Below are positions 9,679 through 20,165 of a stretch of DNA of 64,000 bases, piece after piece. The notes under the pieces are model-generated. The model had not been told where the DNA came from, did no database searches, and saw only the letters and a list, made by a program, of their open reading frames with translations. This stretch comes from Terriglobia bacterium (GTDB lineage Bacteria; Acidobacteriota; Terriglobia; 20CM-2-55-15). Position 1 is the first letter of the stretch. Every line of letters starts with the position of its first letter. The translations under genes were made by a program, and so were the position numbers. Where the stretch lies: contig CAXWPJ010000009.1 in NCBI GenBank assembly GCA_963664115.2, positions 384,001 through 448,000 on the forward strand, written 5' to 3'.

Positions 9679-10071
9679 TTGAGTTTAGTTCAGTATTACG
9701 GTACGGGCCGGCGGAAAACATCCACGGCTCGCGTGTTTATGAGACCCGGAACCGGAAACATCGTGGTCAACGGGCGGCCATTCGAAACTCATTTCTTCAG
9801 TGAACTCCATCGAATGATCATTCGGCAACCCCTTCAACTCTGCGACACCCTGGATAAGTTCGACATCCTGATCAACGTCAAGGGCGGTGGTATTACCGGT
9901 CAAGCCGGAGCAGTTCGGCACGGTGTCTCGAGAGCATTGGTCGAATCCAACGCCGAATTCAGGCCGGCATTGAAGAAAGCAGGATTTCTCACCCGTGATC
10001 CGCGGATGGTTGAACGGAAGAAATACGGGCAGCCCGGAGCCCGAAAGCGCTTCCAGTTCTCGAAGCGGTAA
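9679..10071 (+). CDS. rpsI: 30S ribosomal protein S9
   Basis: [38 protein letters not shown]; TTG start with GGAGG. Confidence 0.97.
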   Translation: MSLVQYYGTGRRKTSTARVFMRPGTGNIVVNGRPFETHFFSELHRMIIRQPLQLCDTLDKFDILINVKGGGITGQAGAVRHGVSRALVESNAEFRPALKKAGFLTRDPRMVERKKYGQPGARKRFQFSKR

Positions 10072-10158
10072 TCATTGCTCCGCCGGGGGCTTACGCCTCG
10101 GGCGATAGTTATTTTTTGAAGCCAGAGCGTTGAACGAATCCTTGTAACGGAGGTCTAG

Positions 10159-11079
10159 TTGGTATCTATCACGATGAAGGAGCTTCTGGAAGCTGGAGTC
10201 CATTTCGGCCACCAGACAAAACGCTGGAATCCGAAAATGAAATCCTACATTTTCGGCGAGCGTAACGGTATTTACATCATCGACCTTCAGAAAACTCTCC
10301 GCCTTTTCAAGGAAGCAACACAATTCGTCACCGAACTCGCCGCTCAGGGGAAGACATTCCTTTTTGTTGGCACCAAGCGCCAGGCTCAGGACGCGATTGC
10401 CGAAGAGTCGGCGCGTTGCAATATGTTCTATGTCAACCAACGTTGGCTCGGTGGGCTCCTCACTAACTTCACAACGATCCAAAGGTCCGTTAAGCGACTC
10501 AAGGATCTTGAGGCAATGAAAGACGATGGGCGCTATGAATTGTTGCCGAAAAAGGAAGTGTTGCGACTCGAGCGGCTCCGGAAAGCTCTCGATAAGAACC
10601 TTTCCGGCGTTAAGAACATGCCGGTCCTGCCGGACGCTCTCTTTGTGGTGGATTCCCGGCGTGAAGAGATTGCCGTAGCCGAGGCCCGGAGACTAAAGAT
10701 TCCTGTTTTGGCTGTGGTGGACACCAATTGCGATCCCGAAGTGATCGACCATGTTATTCCGGGCAACGACGATGCGTTGAGGGCAATCCGCTTGTTTACT
10801 TCGAGAGTCGCCGACGCGATCCTCGAAGGACAAGCGCTCGCTTCGAAGGCGAAAGCAGACGACGCAACAGAGGAAAAAGAAGAACAGACCGAAGAAAAAA
10901 CCGCTCCGTCCGGAACAGATAGCGCTGAGACGACGACGGAGGCCACTGTCGATGGGACGAGCGCTCTCGAAACAGCTCCCGCAACCGTCGAAACAACGAC
11001 GCTTTCACCGGCCACCCCTGAGGAATCGGGTACGGGTGATTCGGTGAAGACGACGGACGAAACTCCCGCGACCACGTGA
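10159..11079 (+). CDS. rpsB: 30S ribosomal protein S2
   Basis: [39 protein letters not shown]; acidic Thr-rich tail. Confidence 0.97.
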   Translation: MVSITMKELLEAGVHFGHQTKRWNPKMKSYIFGERNGIYIIDLQKTLRLFKEATQFVTELAAQGKTFLFVGTKRQAQDAIAEESARCNMFYVNQRWLGGLLTNFTTIQRSVKRLKDLEAMKDDGRYELLPKKEVLRLERLRKALDKNLSGVKNMPVLPDALFVVDSRREEIAVAEARRLKIPVLAVVDTNCDPEVIDHVIPGNDDALRAIRLFTSRVADAILEGQALASKAKADDATEEKEEQTEEKTAPSGTDSAETTTEATVDGTSALETAPATVETTTLSPATPEESGTGDSVKTTDETPATT

Positions 11080-11179
11080 CCCACCAGCAGCGCGACTGTT
11101 CAGGATCAGCGAGTTAAATTGATGCGAAGGCGGAAATTCAACGATTTTCGCCTATTTTTTTGTAAGGAGTTGGGAGTCG

Positions 11180-11830
11180 ATGGCAATCAATGTCCAACAG
11201 GTTAAAGAACTGCGCGAAAAGACAGGCGCGGGGATGATGGACTGTAAGAACGCGCTGACTGCAAGTGAGGGGGACCTCGAAAAAGCGATCGTCTTACTTC
11301 GCAAAAAGGGCCTTGCAACGGCGCAAAAGAAAGCCGCTCGCGTGGCTGCTGAGGGAATCATCGGGCACTATATACATGGCGGCGGCAGCCTCGGCGTTTT
11401 GGTGGAAGTCAATTGCGAAACGGATTTCGCCGCACGTAACGACGACTTTCAGGCGCTGGTCAAAGATGTCGCTATGCACATCGCGGCACAGAACCCGGCC
11501 TATGTTCGACGTGACGAGGTACCGGAAGACATCGTGAGCCGGGAGAAAGACATTTACAGGGATCAGGCACGTTCTTCTGGTAAGCCGGAGCAGATTATCG
11601 ATAAAATCACCGAGGGTAAGCTGGACGCTTTCTTCAAAGCATCATGTTTATACGAACAGGAGTTCGTCAAGGACACTTCGATGACGGTTGAACAACTCAT
11701 CAACGACCTGATCGGTAAGATCGGCGAAAATATTCGGGTGCGAAGGTTCGTACGCTTGAAAACCGGTGAAGGTCTAGAAAAACGGGTGACGGACCTGGCA
11801 GCCGAAGTCCAGGATCAGCTCAACGGATAA
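11180..11830 (+). CDS. tsf: Elongation factor Ts (short form)
   Basis: VKELREKTGAGMMDCK, EVNCETDF. Confidence 0.96.
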   Translation: MAINVQQVKELREKTGAGMMDCKNALTASEGDLEKAIVLLRKKGLATAQKKAARVAAEGIIGHYIHGGGSLGVLVEVNCETDFAARNDDFQALVKDVAMHIAAQNPAYVRRDEVPEDIVSREKDIYRDQARSSGKPEQIIDKITEGKLDAFFKASCLYEQEFVKDTSMTVEQLINDLIGKIGENIRVRRFVRLKTGEGLEKRVTDLAAEVQDQLNG

Positions 11831-11842
11831 CTGGATATCTCT

Positions 11843-12553
11843 ATGGATACTCGATACCGACGCATTCTGCTTAAGTTAAGCGGCGAATCACTGATGGGTT
11901 CACAGCCGTTCGGTATCGATCCGGAAATCGTTACAAGCATCGCCAGCCAGGTGAAGGATGTTCATGGCCTGGGCGTTGAAATCGGCATCGTCATCGGTGG
12001 CGGCAACATTTTCCGAGGGCTCGCAGCAAGCGAACAAGGTTTCGACAGAGTATCGGCAGACCACATGGGCATGCTGGCTACTGTGATCAACGCACTCGCG
12101 ATGCAGGATGCCCTGGAGAATGTCGAAGCCCCTACCCGCGTTCTTTCCGCAATCGAAATGCGACAGGTGGCCGAACCCTACATCCGCCGACGTGCCGTCA
12201 GGCACCTCGAAAAGGGGCGCATCGTCATCTTTGCTGCCGGAACGGGCAACCCTTACTTCTCCACCGACACTACCGCCGCGCTCCGCGCCATGGAGATCAA
12301 GGCGGAAGTCATCATGAAAGCCACCCGTGTCAACGGTATTTACGATGCAGACCCTGAAACCGTTGCGGACGCCAAGATGGTCCCAGAAATCTCTTATCTC
12401 GATGTTCTCACACAGGGTCTCCGCGTTATGGACACCACAGCGATATCTCTGTGTATGGATAATCACCTCCCGATCATCGTTTTCAATATCAACGAAAAAG
12501 GGAATATCAAGCGCGTCGTGCTTGGAGAGAAAATCGGTTCGCTCGTTCAGTAA
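11843..12553 (+). CDS. pyrH: UMP kinase
   Basis: [28 protein letters not shown]. Confidence 0.97.
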   Translation: MDTRYRRILLKLSGESLMGSQPFGIDPEIVTSIASQVKDVHGLGVEIGIVIGGGNIFRGLAASEQGFDRVSADHMGMLATVINALAMQDALENVEAPTRVLSAIEMRQVAEPYIRRRAVRHLEKGRIVIFAAGTGNPYFSTDTTAALRAMEIKAEVIMKATRVNGIYDADPETVADAKMVPEISYLDVLTQGLRVMDTTAISLCMDNHLPIIVFNINEKGNIKRVVLGEKIGSLVQ

Positions 12554-12587
12554 CCGCTCTCACCCAGGCGCCTTGGAGGTTATTGCC

Positions 12588-13148
12588 ATGCCGGCCAAGG
12601 AAGAAATTGCACAAATTAAGGAGCGGATGGGAAAGGCGGTCGAGGACCTGCGGCGCGAACTTTCGTCCATTCGCACAGGACGTGCGTCGCTCGCCCTGTT
12701 TAACAACATAAACGTCGACTACTACGGAGTTCCAACGCCGATCAATCAGGTTGCAACCTTGGCTATTCCTGAACCGAGCCTGGTCACACTCCAACCCTTC
12801 GACATTTCACTTATCGGCGATATCGAAAAAGCGATTCTGGCTTCAGACCTGGGCCTGAATCCGTCCAACGACGGGCGCCTGATCCGGATCCCGATACCTG
12901 CATTGAACGAAGAAAGACGGCAACAGTTGGCCAGGCACGTCCACAAAGTTCTCGAAGACCACAGAACCGCCGTTCGCAATATTCGCCGTGACGGCAACGA
13001 CACGATGAAAAAGCATCTCAAGAACAAGGAGATGTCCGAAGACGACGAACGTCGCGCTCTAGACGAAGTCCAGAAGCTTACCAACACATACATCGCAAAA
13101 CTGGATGAGGTGGCGAAAGCCAAAGAAGAGGAAATCCTGACCGTTTAG
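12588..13148 (+). CDS. frr: Ribosome recycling factor
   Basis: IRTGRAS, LGLNPSNDG, RNIRRD; ATG 12588 preceded by GGAGG. Confidence 0.96.
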   Translation: MPAKEEIAQIKERMGKAVEDLRRELSSIRTGRASLALFNNINVDYYGVPTPINQVATLAIPEPSLVTLQPFDISLIGDIEKAILASDLGLNPSNDGRLIRIPIPALNEERRQQLARHVHKVLEDHRTAVRNIRRDGNDTMKKHLKNKEMSEDDERRALDEVQKLTNTYIAKLDEVAKAKEEEILTV

Positions 13149-13169
13149 CACTTCCACAACGGCCGATTT

Positions 13170-13245
13170 TTTAACGCAGAGACGCTGAGTCGCAGAGAAC
13201 GCAGAGAACGCAGAGTTTGAGGATGTATTTCTGCGACCTTTGCGC
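13170..13245. repeat. ACGCAGAG(A)-type intergenic repeat/hairpin between convergent frr and tsaD
   Basis: AACGCAGAGACGCTGAGTCGCAGAGAACGCAGAGAACGCAGAG followed by complementary TTTCTGCGAC/TTTGCG. Confidence 0.6.
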
Positions 13246-13252
13246 TAAAACT

Positions 13253-14335
13253 CTATACCTTCCAACGGCCTTTTTTTGATGGCGTGGGAGTTGGAGCCAG
13301 TCGGAGGGCGGGATCGGCGTCAAGATCGTATCGAGAGTGCTCCCCTCGCCTTAGCTTGAAACTCCCGGCTGCTGCGATCATGACGGCGTTGTCCGTTGTG
13401 AAATTCGGACTCGGATAGAAGAAGTCCAGACCGCGTTCGAGAGCTGCCTCACGCATTGCTTCCCTCAAACGGGAATTTGCAGCAACCCCGCCAGAGAGCA
13501 AGATGGCCTTGGGTTCCAGGCTTTTGGCCGCCGCCATCGTCCTGGAAACGAGAGCGTCAACCACACCCTCCTGAAACCCGGCGAGGAGATCCAGTCGTGC
13601 CGGATCCATACGCGTTCGGGCCTCGTCCAGCGGCTCCAAACCCTCCTCCTTCACAATACGCAGAACCGCGGTCTTAATACCGCTGAAGCTGAAATCCAAA
13701 GTTTGATCTGAAATCTTCGCAACGGGGAATCGTCGGACGTGACGCTTGCCGAGCGCAGCCAGGCGATCGATAACCGGTCCCCCGGGATAGGATAGCCCCA
13801 GGAGCTTGGCAACCTTATCGTAAGCCTCACCAGCGGCATCGTCCCGCGTCTTACCAATCAAACGATAGTTCAAACGGGACCAGTCCCCGTGTTCCGACTC
13901 CACCCAGAACAGGTTCGTATGCCCACCCGACACCACAAGCGCTAAGGCAGGAAATTGCGCTTCGGGGCTTTCGACAAACACAGAATACATGTGCCCCTCA
14001 ATATGGTTGACACCGACCATGGGCTTGCCGGCAGCAAAGGCGACCGCTTTGGCGAACGTCAGACCAACCAAAAGCGATCCGACCAGGCCGGGCCCATACG
14101 TCACAGCGATGCCGTCCACATCCTCTAGCCTCGCACCCGCACGGGAAAACGCCTCCTCAACGATGAGTCTGATCTTCTTAATGTGTTCCCGAGAAGCAAG
14201 CTCAGGAACAATTCCGCCATAGAGCCGATGGGTGTCCACCTGAGAGTGAATCACATTGGACAGGATTTCGCGGCCGTCTCGAACCAAGGCAGCCGCCGTC
14301 TCATCGCACGAAGTTTCTATCCCAAGTACCAGCAC
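13253..14335 (-). CDS. tsaD: tRNA t6A biosynthesis threonylcarbamoyltransferase subunit
   Basis: LGIETSCDET, GGIVPELASREH, HIEGH, VSGGHT, TRDDAAGEAYDK. Confidence 0.96.
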   Translation of the reverse strand: MLVLGIETSCDETAAALVRDGREILSNVIHSQVDTHRLYGGIVPELASREHIKKIRLIVEEAFSRAGARLEDVDGIAVTYGPGLVGSLLVGLTFAKAVAFAAGKPMVGVNHIEGHMYSVFVESPEAQFPALALVVSGGHTNLFWVESEHGDWSRLNYRLIGKTRDDAAGEAYDKVAKLLGLSYPGGPVIDRLAALGKRHVRRFPVAKISDQTLDFSFSGIKTAVLRIVKEEGLEPLDEARTRMDPARLDLLAGFQEGVVDALVSRTMAAAKSLEPKAILLSGGVAANSRLREAMREAALERGLDFFYPSPNFTTDNAVMIAAAGSFKLRRGEHSRYDLDADPALRLAPTPTPSKKGRWKV

Positions 14336-14365
14336 TTGTTTCGATCTAAGCTGTAATCACAAAAC

Positions 14366-15424
14366 TCACCCCTCGCAGTCCGGTCGGGAGGCAAGGCGTG
14401 GCAAGGATTCCTCGTAAGGAGGGCGCGCAATACCGTGGTCAGTAATAATCGCCGTTACAAATTCAGCCGGTGTCACGTCGAAGGCGGGGTTCAAGGCGGT
14501 CACGGCCTCAGGCACGACAGCCACGCCGCCAAAATGGGTCACCTCGGAAGGGTCTCGCTGTTCGATGGGAATATCGGATCCATGTGCAATCGAGAGGTCG
14601 AGGGTGGACACGGGTGCGGCGACATAAAAAGGGATGTCGTGTTCTTTCGCCAATACCGCTACCGAATACGTTCCGATCTTGTTGGCTACGTCACCGTTGC
14701 GCGCGATACGATCGGCGCCAACGATGACCACGTCGATCAGTCCCTGGTGCATGAAAGAGCCGGACATATTGTCTGTGATTACGCGGACATCGATGCCGTC
14801 CTTCCACAATTCCCACGCCGTCAGGCGTGCGCCCTGGAGAAACGGCCGCGTCTCGTCCGCCAGGACACTCAAGCGTTTACCGCTCTCCACGGCAGCGCGA
14901 ATGACCCCGAGTGCGGTGCCATACCCCGCAGTAGCAAGTGCTCCGGCATTGCAGTGCGTCAGCACGGTGCCGCCAGACGGCATCAAGTCCTGACCGAATT
15001 GCCCCATTTTCTTGTTGTTGGCGATGTCCTCCTCCTGAATCGCCCGAGCCTCAGCTACCAATTCCGCGCGAACCTCTAACAGGTCCTGCCCTTCGTCCAT
15101 CAAGCTTTCGAAGCGGCCAGTCATTCTTTCAACTGCCCAGAATAGATTCACGGCCGTCGGACGTGTTTCCGAAATTGTTTCGGCGATCGTCCGAAACTCG
15201 TTCCGCAATTCGTCCGCCTCCTCGGCCCCAGATTTTCTGATCCCCAACGCGATGCCCATTGCGGCCGCAACTCCAATCGCCGGCGCACCCCGAATGACCA
15301 TCGATCGGATGGCTTCCGCCACATCCTGATACGTTTCGAATACGGGATACTCTTCTACGATCGGCAATTTTCGCTGGTCGATCATGCGAACGCCCTGATC
15401 GGTCCATTCAATCGTCTTGATCAT
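14366..15424 (-). CDS. mtnA: S-methyl-5-thioribose-1-phosphate isomerase
   Basis: [52 protein letters not shown]. Confidence 0.95.
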   Translation of the reverse strand: MIKTIEWTDQGVRMIDQRKLPIVEEYPVFETYQDVAEAIRSMVIRGAPAIGVAAAMGIALGIRKSGAEEADELRNEFRTIAETISETRPTAVNLFWAVERMTGRFESLMDEGQDLLEVRAELVAEARAIQEEDIANNKKMGQFGQDLMPSGGTVLTHCNAGALATAGYGTALGVIRAAVESGKRLSVLADETRPFLQGARLTAWELWKDGIDVRVITDNMSGSFMHQGLIDVVIVGADRIARNGDVANKIGTYSVAVLAKEHDIPFYVAAPVSTLDLSIAHGSDIPIEQRDPSEVTHFGGVAVVPEAVTALNPAFDVTPAEFVTAIITDHGIARPPYEESLPRLASRPDCEG

Positions 15425-15525
15425 CGATATCCATCCATTGAACAGTACCTAGTCGAACGAATCATTTTAGCAGCCCCTCCGGGCCGCCGTTGGAAGAGTG
15501 TGCTAAATTCTAAATTCCGACACGC

Positions 15526-16980
15526 ATGAGTCTTAAGTACACAACAGTCATCGGTCTCGAGTGCCATGCGCAGCTACTGACGGAATCAAAGCTGTTTTGT
15601 TCGTGCTCGACACGTTTCGGCCAAGACCCGAACTTCAACACTTGCCCGGTCTGCCTTGGGCTGCCCGGCGCACTACCAATCCTCAACCACGGAGCTCTGG
15701 CGATGGCTGTTCGTGCAGCGGTCGCACTCGACTGCACCGTCAATCCAGTATCTCAATGGTCCCGAAAAAACTATTTTTATCCGGACCTTCCCAAGGGTTA
15801 CCAGATTTCGCAGTTTGACAGACCGATCGCGGAAAACGGCCATCTCGATGTCTCACTCGATGGAACAGTTCGGTCGATCCGAGTTCAGCGCATCCACATG
15901 GAGGAAGATGCCGGAAAGTCCTTACACGAAGGTTTTCCGGATTCCCATCGAACGACATATATCGACCTCAATCGAAGCGGCGTCCCACTTGTCGAGATTG
16001 TCACGCACCCTGACATCCGATCATCCCAAGAAGCTCAGGAATACCTGACCCGGCTGAAACAGATTCTCGAGTACCTGGGGGTCTGCGACGGCAACATGGA
16101 GGAGGGCAGTCTTCGATGTGATGCAAACGTTTCGATTTGCCCGGCAGGATCGTCTGAATTCGGAACCCGTACTGAAATCAAAAACATCAACTCGTTTCGA
16201 TTTCTCCGAAGAGCGATCGACCACGAGGTAGAACGTCAGATCGATCTCGTGGAGAGCGGCAAACGGGTGATCCAGGAAACACGGTTGTGGAACAGTGCGG
16301 AGGAGCGCACGGTTGCCATGCGCAACAAGGAAGAAGCTCATGACTATCGCTACTTTCCGGAACCCGATCTACCCTTATTGGTCCTGGACTCCGAGTGGAT
16401 TCAGGAAATCGCCGACTCCCAACCTGAACTTCCCGGAACCCGCTCCCGGCGATTCATCGAAACGTATGCCCTCTCAGATCACGATGCAGCTATCCTGACG
16501 TCCACTCGAGCGCTTGGGGACTACTTCGAATCTGCTGTCGCTCTGTGCAACAAGCCGAAAACGGCAGCAAATTGGATAATGGGAGATCTCTTGCGGCTGT
16601 TGAATGATGACGGGATTGATTTGATGAACCTGGATGCGCTCAAACTGAAACCCAACATGTTGGCTGAAATGATTCAACTCATCGATGCGGAGACGATATC
16701 CGGAAAAATCGCGAAGTCCGTCCTGGAAGAGATGTATCGCTCAGGCCGCTCACCGGCGACTATCGTTGAGGACAAAGGTCTGGAGCAGATTTCCGATACC
16801 GGAGAGATCGAAAGAATCGTAGACGAGATAATTTCTGCAAACCCGGGGCCGGCGGCACAGTACCGTTCCGGTAAGACTGGAACGATTGGATGGTTTGTCG
16901 GTCAAGTAATGAAGGCCACCGCAGGTCGCGCCAACCCAAAAAGCGTAAACGAACTGCTTCGGAAGAGACTTGCGAGTTAG
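15526..16980 (+). CDS. gatB: Asp/Glu-tRNA amidotransferase subunit B
   Basis: IGLECHAQL, RKNYFYPDLPKGYQISQ, HMEEDAGK, GSLRCDANVS, DYRYFPEPDL. Confidence 0.97.
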   Translation: MSLKYTTVIGLECHAQLLTESKLFCSCSTRFGQDPNFNTCPVCLGLPGALPILNHGALAMAVRAAVALDCTVNPVSQWSRKNYFYPDLPKGYQISQFDRPIAENGHLDVSLDGTVRSIRVQRIHMEEDAGKSLHEGFPDSHRTTYIDLNRSGVPLVEIVTHPDIRSSQEAQEYLTRLKQILEYLGVCDGNMEEGSLRCDANVSICPAGSSEFGTRTEIKNINSFRFLRRAIDHEVERQIDLVESGKRVIQETRLWNSAEERTVAMRNKEEAHDYRYFPEPDLPLLVLDSEWIQEIADSQPELPGTRSRRFIETYALSDHDAAILTSTRALGDYFESAVALCNKPKTAANWIMGDLLRLLNDDGIDLMNLDALKLKPNMLAEMIQLIDAETISGKIAKSVLEEMYRSGRSPATIVEDKGLEQISDTGEIERIVDEIISANPGPAAQYRSGKTGTIGWFVGQVMKATAGRANPKSVNELLRKRLAS

Positions 16981-17009
16981 AAACTTTGAAGGTATAGTCC
17001 CCGGAATAC

Positions 17010-17282
17010 ATGGACGTTCAAGACGGGCGAAAGAAGCAGATATCAGAATTTTATCGCCAGGAATTCATGCGGCACAAGTCGCGCCTGGAGACTCAGCGCA
17101 CGTTCTTTGCGGAACAGGCTTTTGGAGAGATCGAGTCTGTCCTGGATAAGATCATCAAAGAGATGGACAAGATCTCTCAGGTCGACAACTTCGAAGAGCT
17201 TGCCAGCCATTTGCTCCAGGGGATTGATGTCGTTACAAGCCTGTCGGCTTCAAAGGTGGATCCCTCCTACAAGATTCATTAG
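17010..17282 (+). CDS. Hypothetical helical protein (90 aa)
   Basis: Clean ORF right after gatB with protein-like composition; no recognised motif. Confidence 0.7.
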   Translation: MDVQDGRKKQISEFYRQEFMRHKSRLETQRTFFAEQAFGEIESVLDKIIKEMDKISQVDNFEELASHLLQGIDVVTSLSASKVDPSYKIH

Positions 17283-17322
17283 CCCTGAGAGTCAGAACTT
17301 CCCGAATTGAACTTTCCGCCGT

Positions 17323-17712
17323 TCAGTCCACGACAGCAATACAGTCCACCTCTATGCCAACGCCAAGAGGGAGAGCTGCGACTTCGACGGCCGCTCGAGC
17401 CGGCGGTTCATCAGTAAAGAATTCTGCATACACAGCGTTCATCTCCTGAAACGCATTCATGTCGTCTAGGTAAACCGTAACCTTCACGACGTGACTGGCA
17501 GACAGCCCTGCCGTACTCAAAATACCCTTCAAATTCTGGAGTACACGTCGGGTTTGAGCGGCAATCGAAAGATCCTCGATCAATTTTCCAGTCGCCGGGT
17601 CGAGAGCAATCTGTCCAGAGACGAAAACGAGGCCTCCCGCTCGGACCGCCTGAGAGTATGGGCCAATGGCTTGCGGCCCCAACGTCGTCGAAATCACTTG
17701 CTTGGTCGGCAT
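17323..17712 (-). CDS. RidA/YjgF family enamine-imine deaminase
   Basis: AIGPYSQA, FVSGQI, MNAVY, PPARAAVEVAALP. Confidence 0.92.
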   Translation of the reverse strand: MPTKQVISTTLGPQAIGPYSQAVRAGGLVFVSGQIALDPATGKLIEDLSIAAQTRRVLQNLKGILSTAGLSASHVVKVTVYLDDMNAFQEMNAVYAEFFTDEPPARAAVEVAALPLGVGIEVDCIAVVD

Positions 17713-17752
17713 AAAAGATTCGCGTTCGTCTTTAGTGGGCCACCCCAGACAT

Positions 17753-19930
17753 CTACTGCGTGACGGTATTCACGGCCTTCGGAACTCGCATAACGTCGTA
17801 AACACCATTAAGTTGTCGGATCGATCCAATGACTTTCTCGAGGTGCTTCATGTCCGGAATTTCGACCGTCATGTCGATCACTCCGCGTTCCTCGTCAGTA
17901 CGTGCAGACAGGTCGAGAATATTCGCATTGACATCTGAAACGGCCGACGATATTTCTGCAAGAATCCCAGTTCGATCTCGACTGACGACCGCCAAATGCA
18001 CAGCATAGGACTCCGTGTCGGCCGGTCGGCCTGCCCATTCCACATCAATTTTCCGGTCCGGCCCATACATCAGATTCTGGACATTCGGACATTCCTTGGA
18101 ATGGACCGACACGCCCTTGCCGCGCGTAATATAACCGACAATATTCTCACCGCGAATGGGATTGCAGCACTTGGCCCTGTAAACCAAGAGGTCATCCATG
18201 CCTTTGACTTGAATCTTGACGCTTTCGCCCAGACCGAGGACACGCTTTACGACAGAACTGATCTTGGACTGTTGTGCCGCCGGGGATTTCAGCAATTCCG
18301 GCTCTACTTTTTCCAGCACAGCCCTGACGGAGATCCTGCCGTATCCGATTCCTGAATACAGATCATCCAACTTACTGCATCCGTATTCCGGTGCCATTTC
18401 TATCAGCCGACCGTTCTCGTTTAATTCCTTGATGTTGACCTTGTACTTACGCGCTTCCTTCTCCAGAAGTTTCCTGCCGAGTTCAACCGATTTCTTCCGC
18501 TCCTGCACAGTGAGCCAATGCCGAATCTTATTTCGAGCAAGCGAGGTTTTCACGAAATTCAGCCAATCGCGACTTGGCGTGTGGCCCTTTAGGGTCACGA
18601 TCTCGACGATGTCTCCATTCGAAAGCCGGGTCTTGAGAGGTGACAGGCGGCCATTGATCTTGGAACCCACGCAGGTGTCGCCAACTTCAGTGTGGATCGC
18701 GTAAGCGAAATCGACGGACGTCGCGTCGCTGGGAAGCGTGACAACCTTACCCCGAGGAGTGAATGTGTACACCTCCTCCAAATAGAGATCCACCTTGAGC
18801 GTGCTCAGGAAATCGGTAGGATCTTTCATCTCCTGTTGCCATTCCACAAGATGGCGTAGCCAGGACACGCGTTGATCTTCCCTGTTATCGGCGACCAACT
18901 TACCGTCTTTGTATTTCCAATGTGCAGCGATTCCCTCTTCAGCGACCCGGTGCATTTCGGCGGTACGAATCTGAACCTCAAACGGCTGACCCTTCGCGAT
19001 CACGGAGGTGTGCAAGGATTGATACATGTTGGGCCGTGGCATCGCTATGAAGTCCTTGATTCGGCCCGGGACAGGGCGCCACGTGTTGTGGATGATGCCG
19101 AGTGTGGCGTAACAATTCTTGATGTCTTCGGTGATGATCCGGATGGCCAATAAGTCGTACACCTGGTCGAGTGAAATACGTTGGCGGCGCAGCTTCTGGT
19201 CGATGGAGTAAATGCGCTTGATCCTGACCTCCGTCGTACCGCGAATTTCATGCTCCTGCATCTTCTTCTGGACAACGGCCCGCACTTCCTCAAGAAAGGC
19301 CTCGTCAACTTTTCGCTTTTTTTCAAGTGTGTCTTTTAATCCCTTATAGGACTTAGGATCCAGAAAACTGAAAGCGAGGTCTTCCAGTTCTCCGCGAATT
19401 CTCCCCATGCCCAGGCGGTGTGCGAGGGGCGCGTATATCTCGAGCGTTTCTCGTGCTATGGCTTCACGGCGTGATAATTTGAGGTGACGCAAGGTCCGCA
19501 TGTTGTGTAAACGGTCGGCAAGCTTTACGATAATTACCCGAATGTCATCACTCATCGCGAGCAGCATCTTGCGGAAGTTTTCCGCCTGCTTTTGCTCCGT
19601 CGATGTGAAGTAAATCTGACTGATCTTCGTCAGGGAATCTACGATATGCGCGATCTCCGGACCAAATATTTCTTCCAAATACTCCAGGGTCGTCAGGGTG
19701 TCTTCCACGACGTCGTGAAGCAGCCCGACACTGACCGTCACCGCATCCATCCTCATGTCGGCCAGAATATTCGCCACTTCCAGCGGATGCGTCATGTACG
19801 GTTCACCCGAGGCGCGAACCTGTCCCTTGTGTTCTTTCGCTGAGAAGATATACGCCCGCCGTACGACTTCGGTGTCGTCATCGGGATGGTTCTGTTGAAC
19901 CTTCTCTAAAATTTGATCCAGTCGAATCAT
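17753..19930 (-). CDS. relA: Bifunctional (p)ppGpp synthetase/hydrolase (RelA/SpoT homologue)
   Basis: HD hydrolase LLHDVVEDT, KLADRLHNMRTL, YQSLHT, EVQIRT, TGS and ACT domains. Confidence 0.95.
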   Translation of the reverse strand: MIRLDQILEKVQQNHPDDDTEVVRRAYIFSAKEHKGQVRASGEPYMTHPLEVANILADMRMDAVTVSVGLLHDVVEDTLTTLEYLEEIFGPEIAHIVDSLTKISQIYFTSTEQKQAENFRKMLLAMSDDIRVIIVKLADRLHNMRTLRHLKLSRREAIARETLEIYAPLAHRLGMGRIRGELEDLAFSFLDPKSYKGLKDTLEKKRKVDEAFLEEVRAVVQKKMQEHEIRGTTEVRIKRIYSIDQKLRRQRISLDQVYDLLAIRIITEDIKNCYATLGIIHNTWRPVPGRIKDFIAMPRPNMYQSLHTSVIAKGQPFEVQIRTAEMHRVAEEGIAAHWKYKDGKLVADNREDQRVSWLRHLVEWQQEMKDPTDFLSTLKVDLYLEEVYTFTPRGKVVTLPSDATSVDFAYAIHTEVGDTCVGSKINGRLSPLKTRLSNGDIVEIVTLKGHTPSRDWLNFVKTSLARNKIRHWLTVQERKKSVELGRKLLEKEARKYKVNIKELNENGRLIEMAPEYGCSKLDDLYSGIGYGRISVRAVLEKVEPELLKSPAAQQSKISSVVKRVLGLGESVKIQVKGMDDLLVYRAKCCNPIRGENIVGYITRGKGVSVHSKECPNVQNLMYGPDRKIDVEWAGRPADTESYAVHLAVVSRDRTGILAEISSAVSDVNANILDLSARTDEERGVIDMTVEIPDMKHLEKVIGSIRQLNGVYDVMRVPKAVNTVTQ

Positions 19931-20109
19931 GGCTTGTGAACCAAATAGACAGCCCTATTGTAGCGCCAAAGCCAAATTACAGAGACTCTTAGGTGGAGTG
20001 GAAGCGGGAATCGAGCTAGGCTTCAAGAATTATGGGTTGTGAGCAGCTACGCGGCGGGTGGTCTCTCGATTACTAACTCACGACTTAAAACTGCTAACTC
20101 TCAGGCACG

Positions 20110-20133
20110 AAAAAAAGCCACCCGAAGGTGGCT
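20110..20133 (-). terminator. Rho-independent terminator of the TonB-ExbBD-TPR operon
   Basis: Minus strand AGCCACC-TTCG-GGTGGCT followed by a T run. Confidence 0.85.
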
Positions 20134-20165
20134 CCTCGAAAGTTAGCCGAGAGAAGGCCTCGAGA

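Noticed and set aside
10072-10158. Possible S2 autoregulatory leader RNA
   Set aside because: A GC hairpin is present but I cannot match it to the known motif by eye
15526-16980. gatB without gatA/gatC
   Set aside because: Split gatCAB arrangements are common; the other subunits are probably elsewhere
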